Shown piece after piece: positions 32,563-41,877 of a DNA stretch of 64,000 nt; positions within the stretch are counted from its first letter, which is position 1; each line of letters starts with the position of its first letter. The stretch comes from Bacillales bacterium. GTDB taxonomy: Bacteria > Bacillota_I > Bacilli_A > RFN20 > CAG-449. The notes beneath the pieces are model-generated. The model was not told where the DNA came from. It searched no databases and saw only the letters and a list, made by a program, of their open reading frames with translations. The translations under genes were made by a program, and so were the position numbers. The stretch lies in contig JAQXGN010000020.1 in NCBI GenBank assembly GCA_029006735.1, forward strand, positions 35,902 through 99,901, given 5' to 3'.

Positions 32563-32791
32563 ACAACCCTCTATAAAAATCACGTATATATTCTAACATT
32601 TATTAAAAATAAATCTATAAAAAAAAATAATTATGTAAAAAAAACAAAAAATAGTATCATTTAGGTGGAAATTTATGTTTTAATATAACAGGTTTTTGTA
32701 AAAACTAATTTTGTTTATTGAAAATAAAAACATATAATGTTATTATTAGAACGCTATTATATAGAAATACGAAAATTTACGGAGGTAAATC

Positions 32792-33667
32792 ATGGACAAA
32801 TTATTTAAAGCAATAGGTAACTTCTTCAAAAAAATATGGGAATGGATTAAGTCAACTGCATGGGTTCAACCATTATTAATCGTTTCAATCATTTTCGGAA
32901 TCATTTTCTCAATCAACCCTATTGTTAATGCAATTAAATCAGCAGCATCAAGCGATAAAACAGGTGAATTCTATAGTGATAAAGCTCTTAACAAAGCATT
33001 TAACCAATTATTTATCGGTATTCCTGATCAAGGAAATGATTATGCTAGACGCGTAAGAAGAAATAAACTTCTCGTTACAGAAGATTCTGGTGATGTATTA
33101 GTTATTTATGTTAAAGGTAACACTTTAGAAGACGATGTAAAACATTTCTACAATTCTGCAAAAGTCAATGGTTGTAAATTATACATTGTTAATTTCGATG
33201 ATGAAAAGAACCAAAGATCAAAATATGATCCAGATCACAAATTATTTGAAGACAAATATGAAGATGATGATGGTGCAACATATTATGAATTCTTATTAGA
33301 ACAATTTGAAGAATCTTATAGTAGATCTCATGTAATCGGTACAGATAAAACAACAGGAAAAGATGTTACTTGGGGAGAATACAATGAAATCTTCAATAAG
33401 AAATATGGTTATGATATTTATTATCCATCATTCAAAGGACAAAACTTAGAAGGCGAATATAATACTACTTCTCAAGGTGGTAAAGATGCACATCAAGATA
33501 TTCATCTTCCAGCTGCAGTCAAATACCATAATGGAAACGTTATTGATATGAGATTTGGTAATAGTTCTTCTTGGGTTGACTACGATACAAAGAATTCAAA
33601 TCCTGATAACCAAATTATTTTACAAAATATGTGGGAAGGCGCATTTGAAAACATTGAATTAAAGTAA
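32792..33667 (+). CDS. membrane-anchored hypothetical protein
   Basis: One N-terminal TM helix followed by a soluble Asp/Glu/Tyr-rich domain. Good RBS (GGAGG) and a strong terminator follows. Confidence 0.5.
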   Translation: MDKLFKAIGNFFKKIWEWIKSTAWVQPLLIVSIIFGIIFSINPIVNAIKSAASSDKTGEFYSDKALNKAFNQLFIGIPDQGNDYARRVRRNKLLVTEDSGDVLVIYVKGNTLEDDVKHFYNSAKVNGCKLYIVNFDDEKNQRSKYDPDHKLFEDKYEDDDGATYYEFLLEQFEESYSRSHVIGTDKTTGKDVTWGEYNEIFNKKYGYDIYYPSFKGQNLEGEYNTTSQGGKDAHQDIHLPAAVKYHNGNVIDMRFGNSSSWVDYDTKNSNPDNQIILQNMWEGAFENIELK

Positions 33668-33682
33668 TTTCAATTAATGAAA

Positions 33683-33710
33683 ATAAGCTTCGATGGAAGC
33701 TTATTTTTTT
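33683..33710. terminator. rho-independent terminator (bidirectional)
   Basis: ATAAGCTTC-GATG-GAAGCTTAT perfect 9-bp stem followed by TTTTTTT. Confidence 0.75.
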
Positions 33711-33939
33711 ATTTATTTGGTTCCTTTTGTTGCCCATGACATATTTCATCCATCGATGTAGTTATCGTTTGATAATATACTGGTCGAGGAATATAATGAT
33801 TAACTGTTTTATAATTGACTGGACAAATGATTGGTTGCTCAACATAATAACAACAGTTATGGACGCACTCTCTTACAGGAAGAACAATTGGTTCATATTT
33901 ATATTTACATGGGCAAGTACCCTCATTACAATATCGCAT
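33709..33939 (-). CDS. small Cys/Pro/Tyr/His-rich protein, CotD-like spore coat candidate
   Basis: 76 aa (PIVLPVRECVHNCCYYVEQPIICPVNYKTVNHYIPRPVYY) reminiscent of inner spore coat protein D family composition. Confidence 0.4.
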   Translation of the reverse strand: MRYCNEGTCPCKYKYEPIVLPVRECVHNCCYYVEQPIICPVNYKTVNHYIPRPVYYQTITTSMDEICHGQQKEPNK

Positions 33940-34020
33940 TAAAAACTATCCTTTCTTCAATTATGTATATGAGTATGGATTTTTTCACATAAAGACAATC
34001 GCCCAATAATACATTTAAAT

Positions 34021-34839
34021 ATGAAGAAAAATCTTTATTTTAGTTTACTATATATCTCCTTTTGCTTTTTAATTCTTCTTTATGGTAGTGATTTATCAAT
34101 CCATTTAGAAAAAATAATGTCAATTTATCTATATACTTATATTCCAAGTTTATTACCTTTTATTCTACTTACTAATATTTTCTTAAAAAACGCCTCATTA
34201 AGCGCGATTAAAACTAGTTTAGATAAATTACACATCGGTGTTATTTTTGATGTGTTTATTATCTTATTATCCTTATTAACCGGGATTCCTTGCATTTCGA
34301 TTATTCTTAATCATTTAATCAAAAAAGGAATCTACTCAAAAGAAAAAGCAAATCGAATAATTTATAGTTATGGAACATTATCTCTCCCCTTTGTTTATCT
34401 ATTGTTTTCTTCTTTATATATCATATTTATCATATTAACCATTGAAACATTATATTATTTATTGATAAAAGAAAAAACAAATACTTATATAAAAGAAGAA
34501 TCATCTTTAAATGAAGATCCTTTTTATAGTAGTTTAATCTCTTTAGGTTATATTTTTATTTCTATTTGTCTATTTACTTTCCCCATAATAATTTTAGAAA
34601 AATTATTTCCTCTTCAGATAGCATATCTTATCGGAGGTATATTTGAATCTAGCTTATTTAGTTTAAAACTATATAGTTTAAACAATATACTATTATCATT
34701 ATTTATCACTAGTTCAACATCATTATCCTTATGTTTTCAAATAAAAAAAACAAATACCTATGTTAACATGGTTTATTACATTTTTAGTAGATATTTGTTA
34801 AGTATTTTAATTACAAGTTGTTATTTAGTATTTTTTTAG
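34021..34839 (+). CDS. YlbJ-like sporulation integral membrane protein (shortened)
   Basis: Polytopic membrane protein divergent from coaD-rsmD, as ylbJ is in B. subtilis. Only 272 aa, against about 400 aa for YlbJ. Confidence 0.45.
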   Translation: MKKNLYFSLLYISFCFLILLYGSDLSIHLEKIMSIYLYTYIPSLLPFILLTNIFLKNASLSAIKTSLDKLHIGVIFDVFIILLSLLTGIPCISIILNHLIKKGIYSKEKANRIIYSYGTLSLPFVYLLFSSLYIIFIILTIETLYYLLIKEKTNTYIKEESSLNEDPFYSSLISLGYIFISICLFTFPIIILEKLFPLQIAYLIGGIFESSLFSLKLYSLNNILLSLFITSSTSLSLCFQIKKTNTYVNMVYYIFSRYLLSILITSCYLVFF

Positions 34840-34840
34840 A

Positions 34841-35323
34841 TTATTTATTTTTAAAAGCGTTATTAACACATTCTGGAACTAATGAAGAAACATCTACTCC
34901 ATTATTAACGAATTCTTTTACCCCTGAACTAGAAATGAATCCTTTACCAGTAGAAGACATTAAAAATATTGTTTCAATTCCTTTATTTATAAATTCATTT
35001 CCTGCGAATAATTGGAATTCAAATTCAAAATCAGTGACTGCTCTTAAACCTCTACACATACATTGGCATCCTAATTCTTCTGCTTTCTTTATCACTAATC
35101 CACTTGTTGAGATTACTTCAACATTCCTGATATTTTTACAAGCCTCTTTAACCAATCTTACCCGTTCATTAATATCAAAATAATACTTTTTGGATGGATT
35201 ATCCGCTATACAAACATAAAGAATATCAGTTAATTTACTCGCACGAATAATAATATCAATATGGCCGTTTGTAATTGGATCAAAACTGCCCGGATAAATC
35301 ATTTTCTTCATAATTACCTCCAA
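34841..35323 (-). CDS. coaD: phosphopantetheine adenylyltransferase
   Basis: IYPGSFDPITNGHIDII nucleotidyltransferase motif; 160 aa. Confidence 0.9.
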   Translation of the reverse strand: MEVIMKKMIYPGSFDPITNGHIDIIIRASKLTDILYVCIADNPSKKYYFDINERVRLVKEACKNIRNVEVISTSGLVIKKAEELGCQCMCRGLRAVTDFEFEFQLFAGNEFINKGIETIFLMSSTGKGFISSSGVKEFVNNGVDVSSLVPECVNNAFKNK

Positions 35324-35853
35324 TATATGGTTACGTATATAATACCATATTTATAGTTTTTATATTTAATAAATCGATCATCTTCATAAAAAGGAGTATC
35401 ACATTCTTTTACAATAACTCCATTAGACGATATCATATTGTTCTCAAATAAGAAATCTACTATTTCATCATATACTTCTTTCATCTTATATGGTGGATCT
35501 AAAAATACGACATCATATTGCTCATTTTTATGAGAGGCTAAGAAAGACTTATAAGAAGATAAACATATTTCTACTTCTTCTTTAACATGCATATACTCAA
35601 TATTTTCTTTGATTGTTTTTATCGCAAGCGAATTTTTATCAACAAAAGTCGCACTTCTAGCGCCTCTTGATAAAGCTTCCAATCCTAATGCCCCCGAACC
35701 AGAAAATAAATCTAAGACTTTTGCATTATATAAATCATTAGATAACGCACTCATAATTGCTTCTCTAACTTTATCCGTAGTTGGTCTAGTCAAATCACTA
35801 TCTGGTGCTTTAATCTGTAGATGACGATATTTCCCTCCAATAATTCTTAACAT
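35314..35853 (-). CDS. rsmD: 16S rRNA (guanine966-N2)-methyltransferase
   Basis: VLDLFSGSGALGLEALSRGA SAM motif and FLDPPY motif IV. Lies immediately upstream of coaD, as in Bacillus. Confidence 0.85.
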   Translation of the reverse strand: MLRIIGGKYRHLQIKAPDSDLTRPTTDKVREAIMSALSNDLYNAKVLDLFSGSGALGLEALSRGARSATFVDKNSLAIKTIKENIEYMHVKEEVEICLSSYKSFLASHKNEQYDVVFLDPPYKMKEVYDEIVDFLFENNMISSNGVIVKECDTPFYEDDRFIKYKNYKYGIIYVTIYWR

Positions 35854-35954
35854 ATTTTCTCCTAATTCTGTATATTTTTCTAAAATATAATCAAACTAAT
35901 ATTGTACTTAGATCTAGTACACATTCCTCCATATAAAGTAGGCTATCCCCAAGC

Positions 35955-36317
35955 CTACTTTTTTTCACATCCAGTTTCTTTAAATTTAAACTTAGATAAT
36001 AGATTATATTCTAAATAACGTAATGGTTCATTCACTTCTTTTAAGCAATTATAATATTCCTTCACTAAATCTAAAGAATCTAATTCATATTTTGCTTCAA
36101 ACATTTTTCTTTGTAATTCATTAAGTTCGATAGAATCTTCTTCATAATGTTTTAATCCATCAGAATAATCTCTTTGTGTTTTTTGAAAAGCTAAAGATAA
36201 AGAAATTACTTGAGGATCATTTTCCATCTTTTCTTCAATATCTTTTAAACGAGAATATGATTTTTGAGATTTTAAATAAGCTGTAATATCATTAATCTCT
36301 TCGTGTATATCTTTCAT
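35955..36317 (-). CDS. YlbF/YmcA-family regulatory protein
   Basis: 120-aa helical protein at the syntenic ylbF position beside rsmD-coaD. Confidence 0.5.
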   Translation of the reverse strand: MKDIHEEINDITAYLKSQKSYSRLKDIEEKMENDPQVISLSLAFQKTQRDYSDGLKHYEEDSIELNELQRKMFEAKYELDSLDLVKEYYNCLKEVNEPLRYLEYNLLSKFKFKETGCEKK

Positions 36318-36392
36318 AATTCCACCATCCGATTTTAGTTTATCTTAAAAATATATTTTTAACAATAAAATATTTGTTTATAATAAAAACAT

Positions 36393-37091
36393 ATGAGACT
36401 AGATAAATATTTGGCTAGAATTGGCTATGGAAGCAAGGAAATAGTTAAAGAATTCATTAAAAATAGTATGGTTTCAGTGAATAGTAAGTTAATAACTGAT
36501 CCTTCTTTTCAAATAGGAGAATTTGATAATGTCTTAGTTGATAATAAGGTAAAACCTTATAAAAAATTAGTATATATAATGATGAATAAACCTAATGGAG
36601 TTCTCTCTGTTACAAAAGATGATACTAATAATGTGGTTATTAATTACCTAAGTGAAGAATATCGTTTAATGAATTTGTCTCCAATAGGAAGATTAGATAT
36701 TGATACGACTGGATTATTAATTTTGACAAATGATACAAAAGTATTACGTAGAATTGCTTCTCCTAATTACCATATTTCCAAAACTTATTTAGTAACGTTT
36801 ATCGGCAATATCGAATATGTAGATATCTCTTTATTCAATCAAGGTATTACATTATCAAATGGTTACATTACTAAACCATCAAAAATTGAGTTTATTAATA
36901 AAGAACAAGCACTTATTACTATTTATGAAGGAAAATATCATCAGATAAAAAGAATGTTTCAATCAGTTAATTTAAAATTAATTAAATTACATCGTATATC
37001 TATTGATAAAATATATATCGACCCATCATTAAAAGAAGGAGAATATCGCTTATTAAACGAAGAAGAAATAAATATTCTTAAATCACATTAA
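36393..37091 (+). CDS. rRNA pseudouridine synthase, RsuA-like (S4 domain plus catalytic domain)
   Basis: N-terminal S4 (MRLDKYLARIGYGSKEI) and catalytic GRLDIDTTGLLILTND. Confidence 0.85.
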   Translation: MRLDKYLARIGYGSKEIVKEFIKNSMVSVNSKLITDPSFQIGEFDNVLVDNKVKPYKKLVYIMMNKPNGVLSVTKDDTNNVVINYLSEEYRLMNLSPIGRLDIDTTGLLILTNDTKVLRRIASPNYHISKTYLVTFIGNIEYVDISLFNQGITLSNGYITKPSKIEFINKEQALITIYEGKYHQIKRMFQSVNLKLIKLHRISIDKIYIDPSLKEGEYRLLNEEEINILKSH

Positions 37092-37292
37092 TTCTTTCGC
37101 AAGAGATATCATCATTGATATATCTTCTATTTTATCAACTAATCTTTTTCTTCGTTTTATCTTATATTCTTCAATAAATTCATTGAGTTTTTCTGGATTA
37201 CGCGATAATATGCGATGCCATTTTGGGTTTTCCCTTAAAAAAACATAATAATCATTATCTCGATCAAAAAGAATCAATAAATCATTTCTCAT
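37083..37292 (-). CDS. YlbE-like small protein
   Basis: MRNDLLILFDRDNDYYVFLRENPKWHRILSRNPEKL parallels B. subtilis YlbE (..LIDFLRHNPGWYRKLTRDPQ..). Confidence 0.5.
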   Translation of the reverse strand: MRNDLLILFDRDNDYYVFLRENPKWHRILSRNPEKLNEFIEEYKIKRRKRLVDKIEDISMMISLAKELM

Positions 37293-37645
37293 TAATCATC
37301 ATCCCGAGAATATGGTTGATTCATTTTTCTTTTACTATATGAAGGATTTTCATCATTCACCATTACTTCAGAAAGAATATTTAATACTTTTTTCATTCCA
37401 TTTAATCCATCTGCGATTTTATCTATATCAATTCCACTAAGCATATCTAAGACATTAGAAAAATTCGATTTTTGTTTTCGTTCTTGTTTTTCTTCTATAA
37501 ATATTTCATCGTCTTCTCCATATAAATCATAATGTTCAAATAATTCTTGCCAAGAAGTTTTTTTTGCATCAACTTTATCTTTTAAATATGGTCGAGAAGA
37601 AACAAATTTTTTAAACTTTTCCATTTTATCCATTATTATCACCAA
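37292..37645 (-). CDS. YlbD-like putative spore coat protein
   Basis: KFKKFVSSRPYLKDKVDAKKTSWQELFEHYDLYGEDDEIF parallels B. subtilis YlbD (VKQFKEFVNKHPQIVQDVRSGKLTWQEVYEEWYLMGEDD). Confidence 0.55.
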   Translation of the reverse strand: MVIIMDKMEKFKKFVSSRPYLKDKVDAKKTSWQELFEHYDLYGEDDEIFIEEKQERKQKSNFSNVLDMLSGIDIDKIADGLNGMKKVLNILSEVMVNDENPSYSKRKMNQPYSRDDD

Positions 37646-37738
37646 TATAAGATATGAAAATATATTAAATTAATTGCTTAAACTATGTTTCACTTTATTT
37701 TTTTCTTCATATCTTACAATAGTTAAGGAGGTGCTTAT

Positions 37739-37906
37739 ATGTTCTACGGGCAAAACTATGGTTATCCACAAGGCGGATATGCTTATCCAATGAATAATGG
37801 TGGTTCATGGGGAGGAGTATTTGCGATTGTCTTAGTTTTATTTATCTTATTAGTAATTATCGGCTGCGGCTGTGGAAATAATCAAACATGTCAAGGAGGG
37901 TTTTAA
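37739..37906 (+). CDS. YjcZ-family sporulation microprotein (55 aa)
   Basis: Not in the ORF track because it is under 60 aa. AAGGAGG RBS, then MFYGQNYGYPQGGYAYPMNNGGSWGGVFAIVLVLFILLVIIGCGCGNNQTCQGGF. A terminator hairpin (GAGGGT/ACCCTC plus T-run) follows. Confidence 0.55.
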   Translation: MFYGQNYGYPQGGYAYPMNNGGSWGGVFAIVLVLFILLVIIGCGCGNNQTCQGGF

Positions 37907-37969
37907 TTACCCTCTTTTTTCTTTTATTTTGTTAATAGATTTGTTAAACTAATTAACGGGTGAAGAAAA

Positions 37970-38509
37970 ATGTTTAAAATTGTCAAAGATAATATCAAAT
38001 CATTAAGAGAAAAATGTGCACTTGTTGATATGCCATTATCAAAAGAAGATGAAAAATTAATATTAGATATGGTGGAATATCTAAAAAAATCACAAGATGA
38101 TGAATATGCAGAAAAACACCACATTCGTTCTGGAGTAGGTCTAGCAGCGCCTCAAATCGGTGTACAAAAAAGAATGTTTGCTGTTTATTATACTATTGGA
38201 GAAAAGACAATTCAATACGCCTTAATCAATCCAAAAATTATTCAAAATTCCTTAAGAAAAGTTGCACTTAGTTCAGGTGAAGGATGTTTATCAGTCGATG
38301 ATGATCATAAAGGTTTAGTTTATCGTTATGATAAGGTAGTTATTAAAGCATATGATGTATTACAACATAAAGATATCGTTATTACTGCTAGAGGATACGA
38401 TGCTATTGTCTTACAACATGAATATGATCATTTAGATGGAATTATCTATTATGATCGCATTGATAAAAATAATCCAAATAAAGAAATTCCAAACTCTTAC
38501 TTAATATAA
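37970..38509 (+). CDS. def: peptide deformylase
   Basis: GVGLAAPQIGV, EGCLS, QHEYDHLDG metal-binding motifs. Confidence 0.9.
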   Translation: MFKIVKDNIKSLREKCALVDMPLSKEDEKLILDMVEYLKKSQDDEYAEKHHIRSGVGLAAPQIGVQKRMFAVYYTIGEKTIQYALINPKIIQNSLRKVALSSGEGCLSVDDDHKGLVYRYDKVVIKAYDVLQHKDIVITARGYDAIVLQHEYDHLDGIIYYDRIDKNNPNKEIPNSYLI

Positions 38510-38516
38510 TTAATTC

Positions 38517-38550
38517 GCGCTTATTTTTCGTTAATTAAGCGCTTTTTTTA
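38517..38550 (+). terminator. rho-independent terminator after def
   Basis: GCGCTTA..TAAGCGC stem followed by TTTTTTTA. Confidence 0.6.
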
Positions 38551-38673
38551 TAAAATAAAAAATATAAGTATCTTTAATAAGTAAAATTACTTTACTTTTT
38601 CTTTTTTATTATTTAAAATTACTATGACAACATTAGATAAACATAATAAATGCACTATGAAAGGAGATTTAAT

Positions 38674-40365
38674 ATGGCAAATTCAATTTTATTGTCGTCC
38701 CCCGTATCTATATATGCTTTAGGAGGACTAGGTGAAGTTGGAAAAAATACTTACTGTATAGAAGACGAAAATAATTTAATTATCATTGATGCTGGGGTTA
38801 TGTTTCCTGAAGCTAATATTCTAGGAATCAGTTATGTAATTCCAGATTATACACAATTAAAAAACTCAAGAAGTAAAATTAAAGCTCTATTTATTACTCA
38901 TGGTCATGAAGACCATATTGGAGCAATTCCTTTCTTAATTCAGAATATTAATATACCTGTTATATACGCTCCTAGACTTGCGGCAGCGTTAATAAGAAAT
39001 AAGTTAGAAGAGCATCGCATCCAAACAAGAGTAAACATTGTTGAATATAATGAGGATGATGTTATTAAAGCTGGTGATTTTACTGTCCAATTCTTTCATG
39101 TAACTCACTCAATTCCAGATAGCTTTGGTATTTGTGTTGATACACCTCAAGGAAGAATTATGACAACGGGAGATTTTAAAATTGATTTAACTCCAATCGC
39201 ACAAGATATTAACTTAACAAAGATTGCTAAATTAGGTTCAGAAGGCGTCGACTTATTATTATCTGATTCTACTAACGCTGAAAAAGAAGGATATACCCTA
39301 TCAGAAAAAGAAGTTATTAACGCTATTTTTGAAGTCTTCTCAAAAGCTCCAGGTCGATTAATCATTTCTACTTTCTCTAGTAATATCTCTCGTATTCAAC
39401 AAATCGTTGAAGCTTGCGTTAATTTCAAAAGAAAAATTGTCATTGTTGGAAGATCAATGGATACAGTCATCAATCTTTCTCGTAACTATGGTTATATAAA
39501 AGTACCTGATGATATGATATTAACTCCTGATAAAGTTAAAGATTATAAGCCTCATGAATTAGTTATTCTATGTACTGGTTCTCAAGGTGAGCCAATGGCA
39601 GCTTTATCAAGAATTGCAAATGGCGAGCATAATTTCATCCGTACAATACCAGGTGATACAGTAGTTTTCTCTTCGTCTCCAATTCCTGGAAATACTGCTT
39701 CTATTGACTTAGTAGTCAATAAACTTGTACGTGCTGGAGCAAATGTAATTACCAATTCTATTTTTTCTAATTTACACGCTTCTGGTCACCCTTCAAAACA
39801 AGAATTACGTTTAATGCTTAAAATAGTTAAACCTAAATATTTTATGCCAGTACATGGTGATTATCGTATGTTAAGACTTCATTCTGAATTAGCACAAACT
39901 CTTGGAATGCCAAAAGAAAATACCTTTATTTGCGCAAACGGTGATTCATTATCATTAAGGAAACATGTAGTGACATTAGGTAATCGAGTTCCTGTTGATA
40001 ATATTTATATTGACGGAAAAGATATCACTGGCTTATCAACCGCAGTAATTAAGGATCGTAATTTGCTTGCATGTGATGGTATGGTTGCTGTATTAATACC
40101 AATTGATTCAAGAAATAACTTAATTCTCAAAAAGCCAGAAATCACAACAAAAGGTTTTATTTATCTTGATGAAAAATCAAAATTACTCATCGAAGAAGCT
40201 CGAAATGGATTAACTAATGAATTAATTAATTTAATGAAAACACGAGTAACATTTGGTGAAATTAAAGCGATTTCTAAATCTTATTTAGGACAATTTTTCT
40301 TCGAACATACTCGTAGAAATCCAATGATTATCCCAATCATTATGAATAAAAATGATAACAACTAA
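38674..40365 (+). CDS. rnj: ribonuclease J
   Basis: Metallo-beta-lactamase HGHEDHIGA, beta-CASP and C-terminal domain. The probable start is MANSILL (AAGGAG 7 nt upstream), not the longer track ORF. Confidence 0.9.
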   Translation: MANSILLSSPVSIYALGGLGEVGKNTYCIEDENNLIIIDAGVMFPEANILGISYVIPDYTQLKNSRSKIKALFITHGHEDHIGAIPFLIQNINIPVIYAPRLAAALIRNKLEEHRIQTRVNIVEYNEDDVIKAGDFTVQFFHVTHSIPDSFGICVDTPQGRIMTTGDFKIDLTPIAQDINLTKIAKLGSEGVDLLLSDSTNAEKEGYTLSEKEVINAIFEVFSKAPGRLIISTFSSNISRIQQIVEACVNFKRKIVIVGRSMDTVINLSRNYGYIKVPDDMILTPDKVKDYKPHELVILCTGSQGEPMAALSRIANGEHNFIRTIPGDTVVFSSSPIPGNTASIDLVVNKLVRAGANVITNSIFSNLHASGHPSKQELRLMLKIVKPKYFMPVHGDYRMLRLHSELAQTLGMPKENTFICANGDSLSLRKHVVTLGNRVPVDNIYIDGKDITGLSTAVIKDRNLLACDGMVAVLIPIDSRNNLILKKPEITTKGFIYLDEKSKLLIEEARNGLTNELINLMKTRVTFGEIKAISKSYLGQFFFEHTRRNPMIIPIIMNKNDNN

Positions 40366-40368
40366 TTT

Positions 40369-40917
40369 ATGATTATACTTGCCAGCAAATCACCAAGAAG
40401 AAAAGAATTGCTTCATCAATTAATTGATGAATTTGAAATTATTCCTAGTAATGTAGATGAAAGCTTATACCCTTTAAATCAATTATCCTTAGTAAAAGCT
40501 CAAGAAATTAGTATTTCTCATCCAAATGATATTATTATTTCTGCCGATACAATCGTTATTTATAAAGATCAAATATTTGGTAAACCAATTTCTAAAGAAG
40601 ACGCTTATCGAATGTTAAAAACTTTATCAAATAATGTTCATGAAGTAAAAACAATCTATACAATTCTAAATTTATCTCATAACATTCAATTAACAAGAAG
40701 TATAACTAGTAAAGTATTTTTTAATGATTTAAGTGATGAACTAATTCATTCATATATTGCCACTAACTCTCCTTTAGATAAAGCAGGAGCATATGGAATA
40801 CAAGATAACAAGGATTTTCCAATAATATCACATATAGAAGGGAGCTATACAAATATTGTCGGTCTTCCTTTAGAAGCATTAGAAAAAGACTTAAGAGATT
40901 TAAAGATAATTGCCTAA
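40369..40917 (+). CDS. maf: Maf-like nucleoside triphosphate pyrophosphatase
   Basis: MIILASKSPRRKELL N-terminus; 182 aa. Confidence 0.85.
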   Translation: MIILASKSPRRKELLHQLIDEFEIIPSNVDESLYPLNQLSLVKAQEISISHPNDIIISADTIVIYKDQIFGKPISKEDAYRMLKTLSNNVHEVKTIYTILNLSHNIQLTRSITSKVFFNDLSDELIHSYIATNSPLDKAGAYGIQDNKDFPIISHIEGSYTNIVGLPLEALEKDLRDLKIIA

Positions 40918-40930
40918 ATAAAAAATCATT

Positions 40931-40962
40931 AGCCTCATATTAATAAATAGGAGGCTTTTTTT
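40931..40962 (+). terminator. terminator hairpin after maf whose 3' arm contains the RBS of the next ORF
   Basis: AGCCTC...AGGAGGCT stem followed by TTTTTTT, then ATG at 40963. Confidence 0.5.
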
Positions 40963-41250
40963 ATGTTTTATTACTTCCCTTACCCTTGGAAAAAGGGCGA
41001 ATTTAATAATTTAATTCAACCAAATCTATCTCGTAATGAAGAATATTATGAAAATAATAACACTCGATTTGGTGGATTATTATTTCCATTTATTGGTGGA
41101 CTATTAGTCGGAGGATTATTATTACCTCGTCCTAATTATAATATGCCTATGCCATATCAACCTTATCCTCCACAAGGAATGTACTATCTTAGTGGTGCGA
41201 TAAATCCTTATATGCAGGGAGTTCCTCAATATACAACCATCTACGAATAA
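40963..41250 (+). CDS. small Pro/Tyr/Gly-rich protein with a glycine-zipper hydrophobic segment
   Basis: Perfect AGGAGG RBS. GGLLFPFIGGLLVGGLLL segment with PYQPYPPQGMYY tail; composition resembles coat/sporulation microproteins. Confidence 0.4.
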   Translation: MFYYFPYPWKKGEFNNLIQPNLSRNEEYYENNNTRFGGLLFPFIGGLLVGGLLLPRPNYNMPMPYQPYPPQGMYYLSGAINPYMQGVPQYTTIYE

Positions 41251-41277
41251 ATCAAAATATTATATTTTATATAAAAA

Positions 41278-41296
41278 AATCCTCTTTCTGAGGATT
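41278..41296. terminator. bidirectional terminator
   Basis: AATCCTC-tttct-GAGGATT 7-bp stem with T/A runs on both sides, between convergent genes. Confidence 0.6.
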
Positions 41297-41314
41297 ATAA
41301 ATTTTTCTATTTAT

Positions 41315-41695
41315 CTATAATTTTTTATTATATGCTTCAAGGATTTCTTTTCCTTTTTCACCAATAATAAGAGTGATTTTATTAGTTGCTCTTATTAATG
41401 AAGTAATACCTAATACCTTAAGTTGATTTTCATTTAATAATGAATCATCTTTTAATACGACAACTAATCTAGAGCCTTTTACTTCTAAAGAAACAATATT
41501 ATCTATTCCACCAAAGCAATAAAAATAAGCATCATTTTCTATTTTCTTTGCTTTTTGTTTTTCTCTTTTATTTTCAAGAGCAATTAAAACAACCATGACA
41601 ATAAACACTGCAAACATAATTATTGCTAGAACTAAAGTAATGATCCATCCTTTTTGTTCAAACCAATTTGATTTTTCAGCCCATAAAAAATTCAT
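41315..41695 (-). CDS. membrane-anchored PTS EIIB(Glc)-like domain protein lacking the phospho-cysteine
   Basis: N-terminal TM helix. The domain FGGIDNIVSLEVKGSRLVVVLKD aligns to EIIB LGGKENIVSL..CATRLRF.LKD, with KGS in place of CAT. Confidence 0.5.
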   Translation of the reverse strand: MNFLWAEKSNWFEQKGWIITLVLAIIMFAVFIVMVVLIALENKREKQKAKKIENDAYFYCFGGIDNIVSLEVKGSRLVVVLKDDSLLNENQLKVLGITSLIRATNKITLIIGEKGKEILEAYNKKL

Positions 41696-41877
41696 AAAAA
41701 CTGCTCCTATATTTATAATATTAGAGTAATTTTATCATAAAAATCAATATTAACGAGTTTTGAAAGTAAACAAATGTATTTTAATTTTCTTTACTTTCAA
41801 AAGCTGGTAAATCAAAAAATATAGATAAATATATCTATTTAATGTATAATTATTCTATTACAAAAGGAGAAACGACT

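Noticed and set aside
33727-35183. Plus-strand ORFs 33727..33942 and 34818..35183
   Set aside because: Antisense to the CotD-like gene and coaD.
35609-35824. 71-aa plus-strand ORF
   Set aside because: Antisense to rsmD.
37924-38124. 66-aa minus-strand ORF
   Set aside because: Antisense to def.
39147-39365. 72-aa minus-strand ORF
   Set aside because: Antisense to RNase J.
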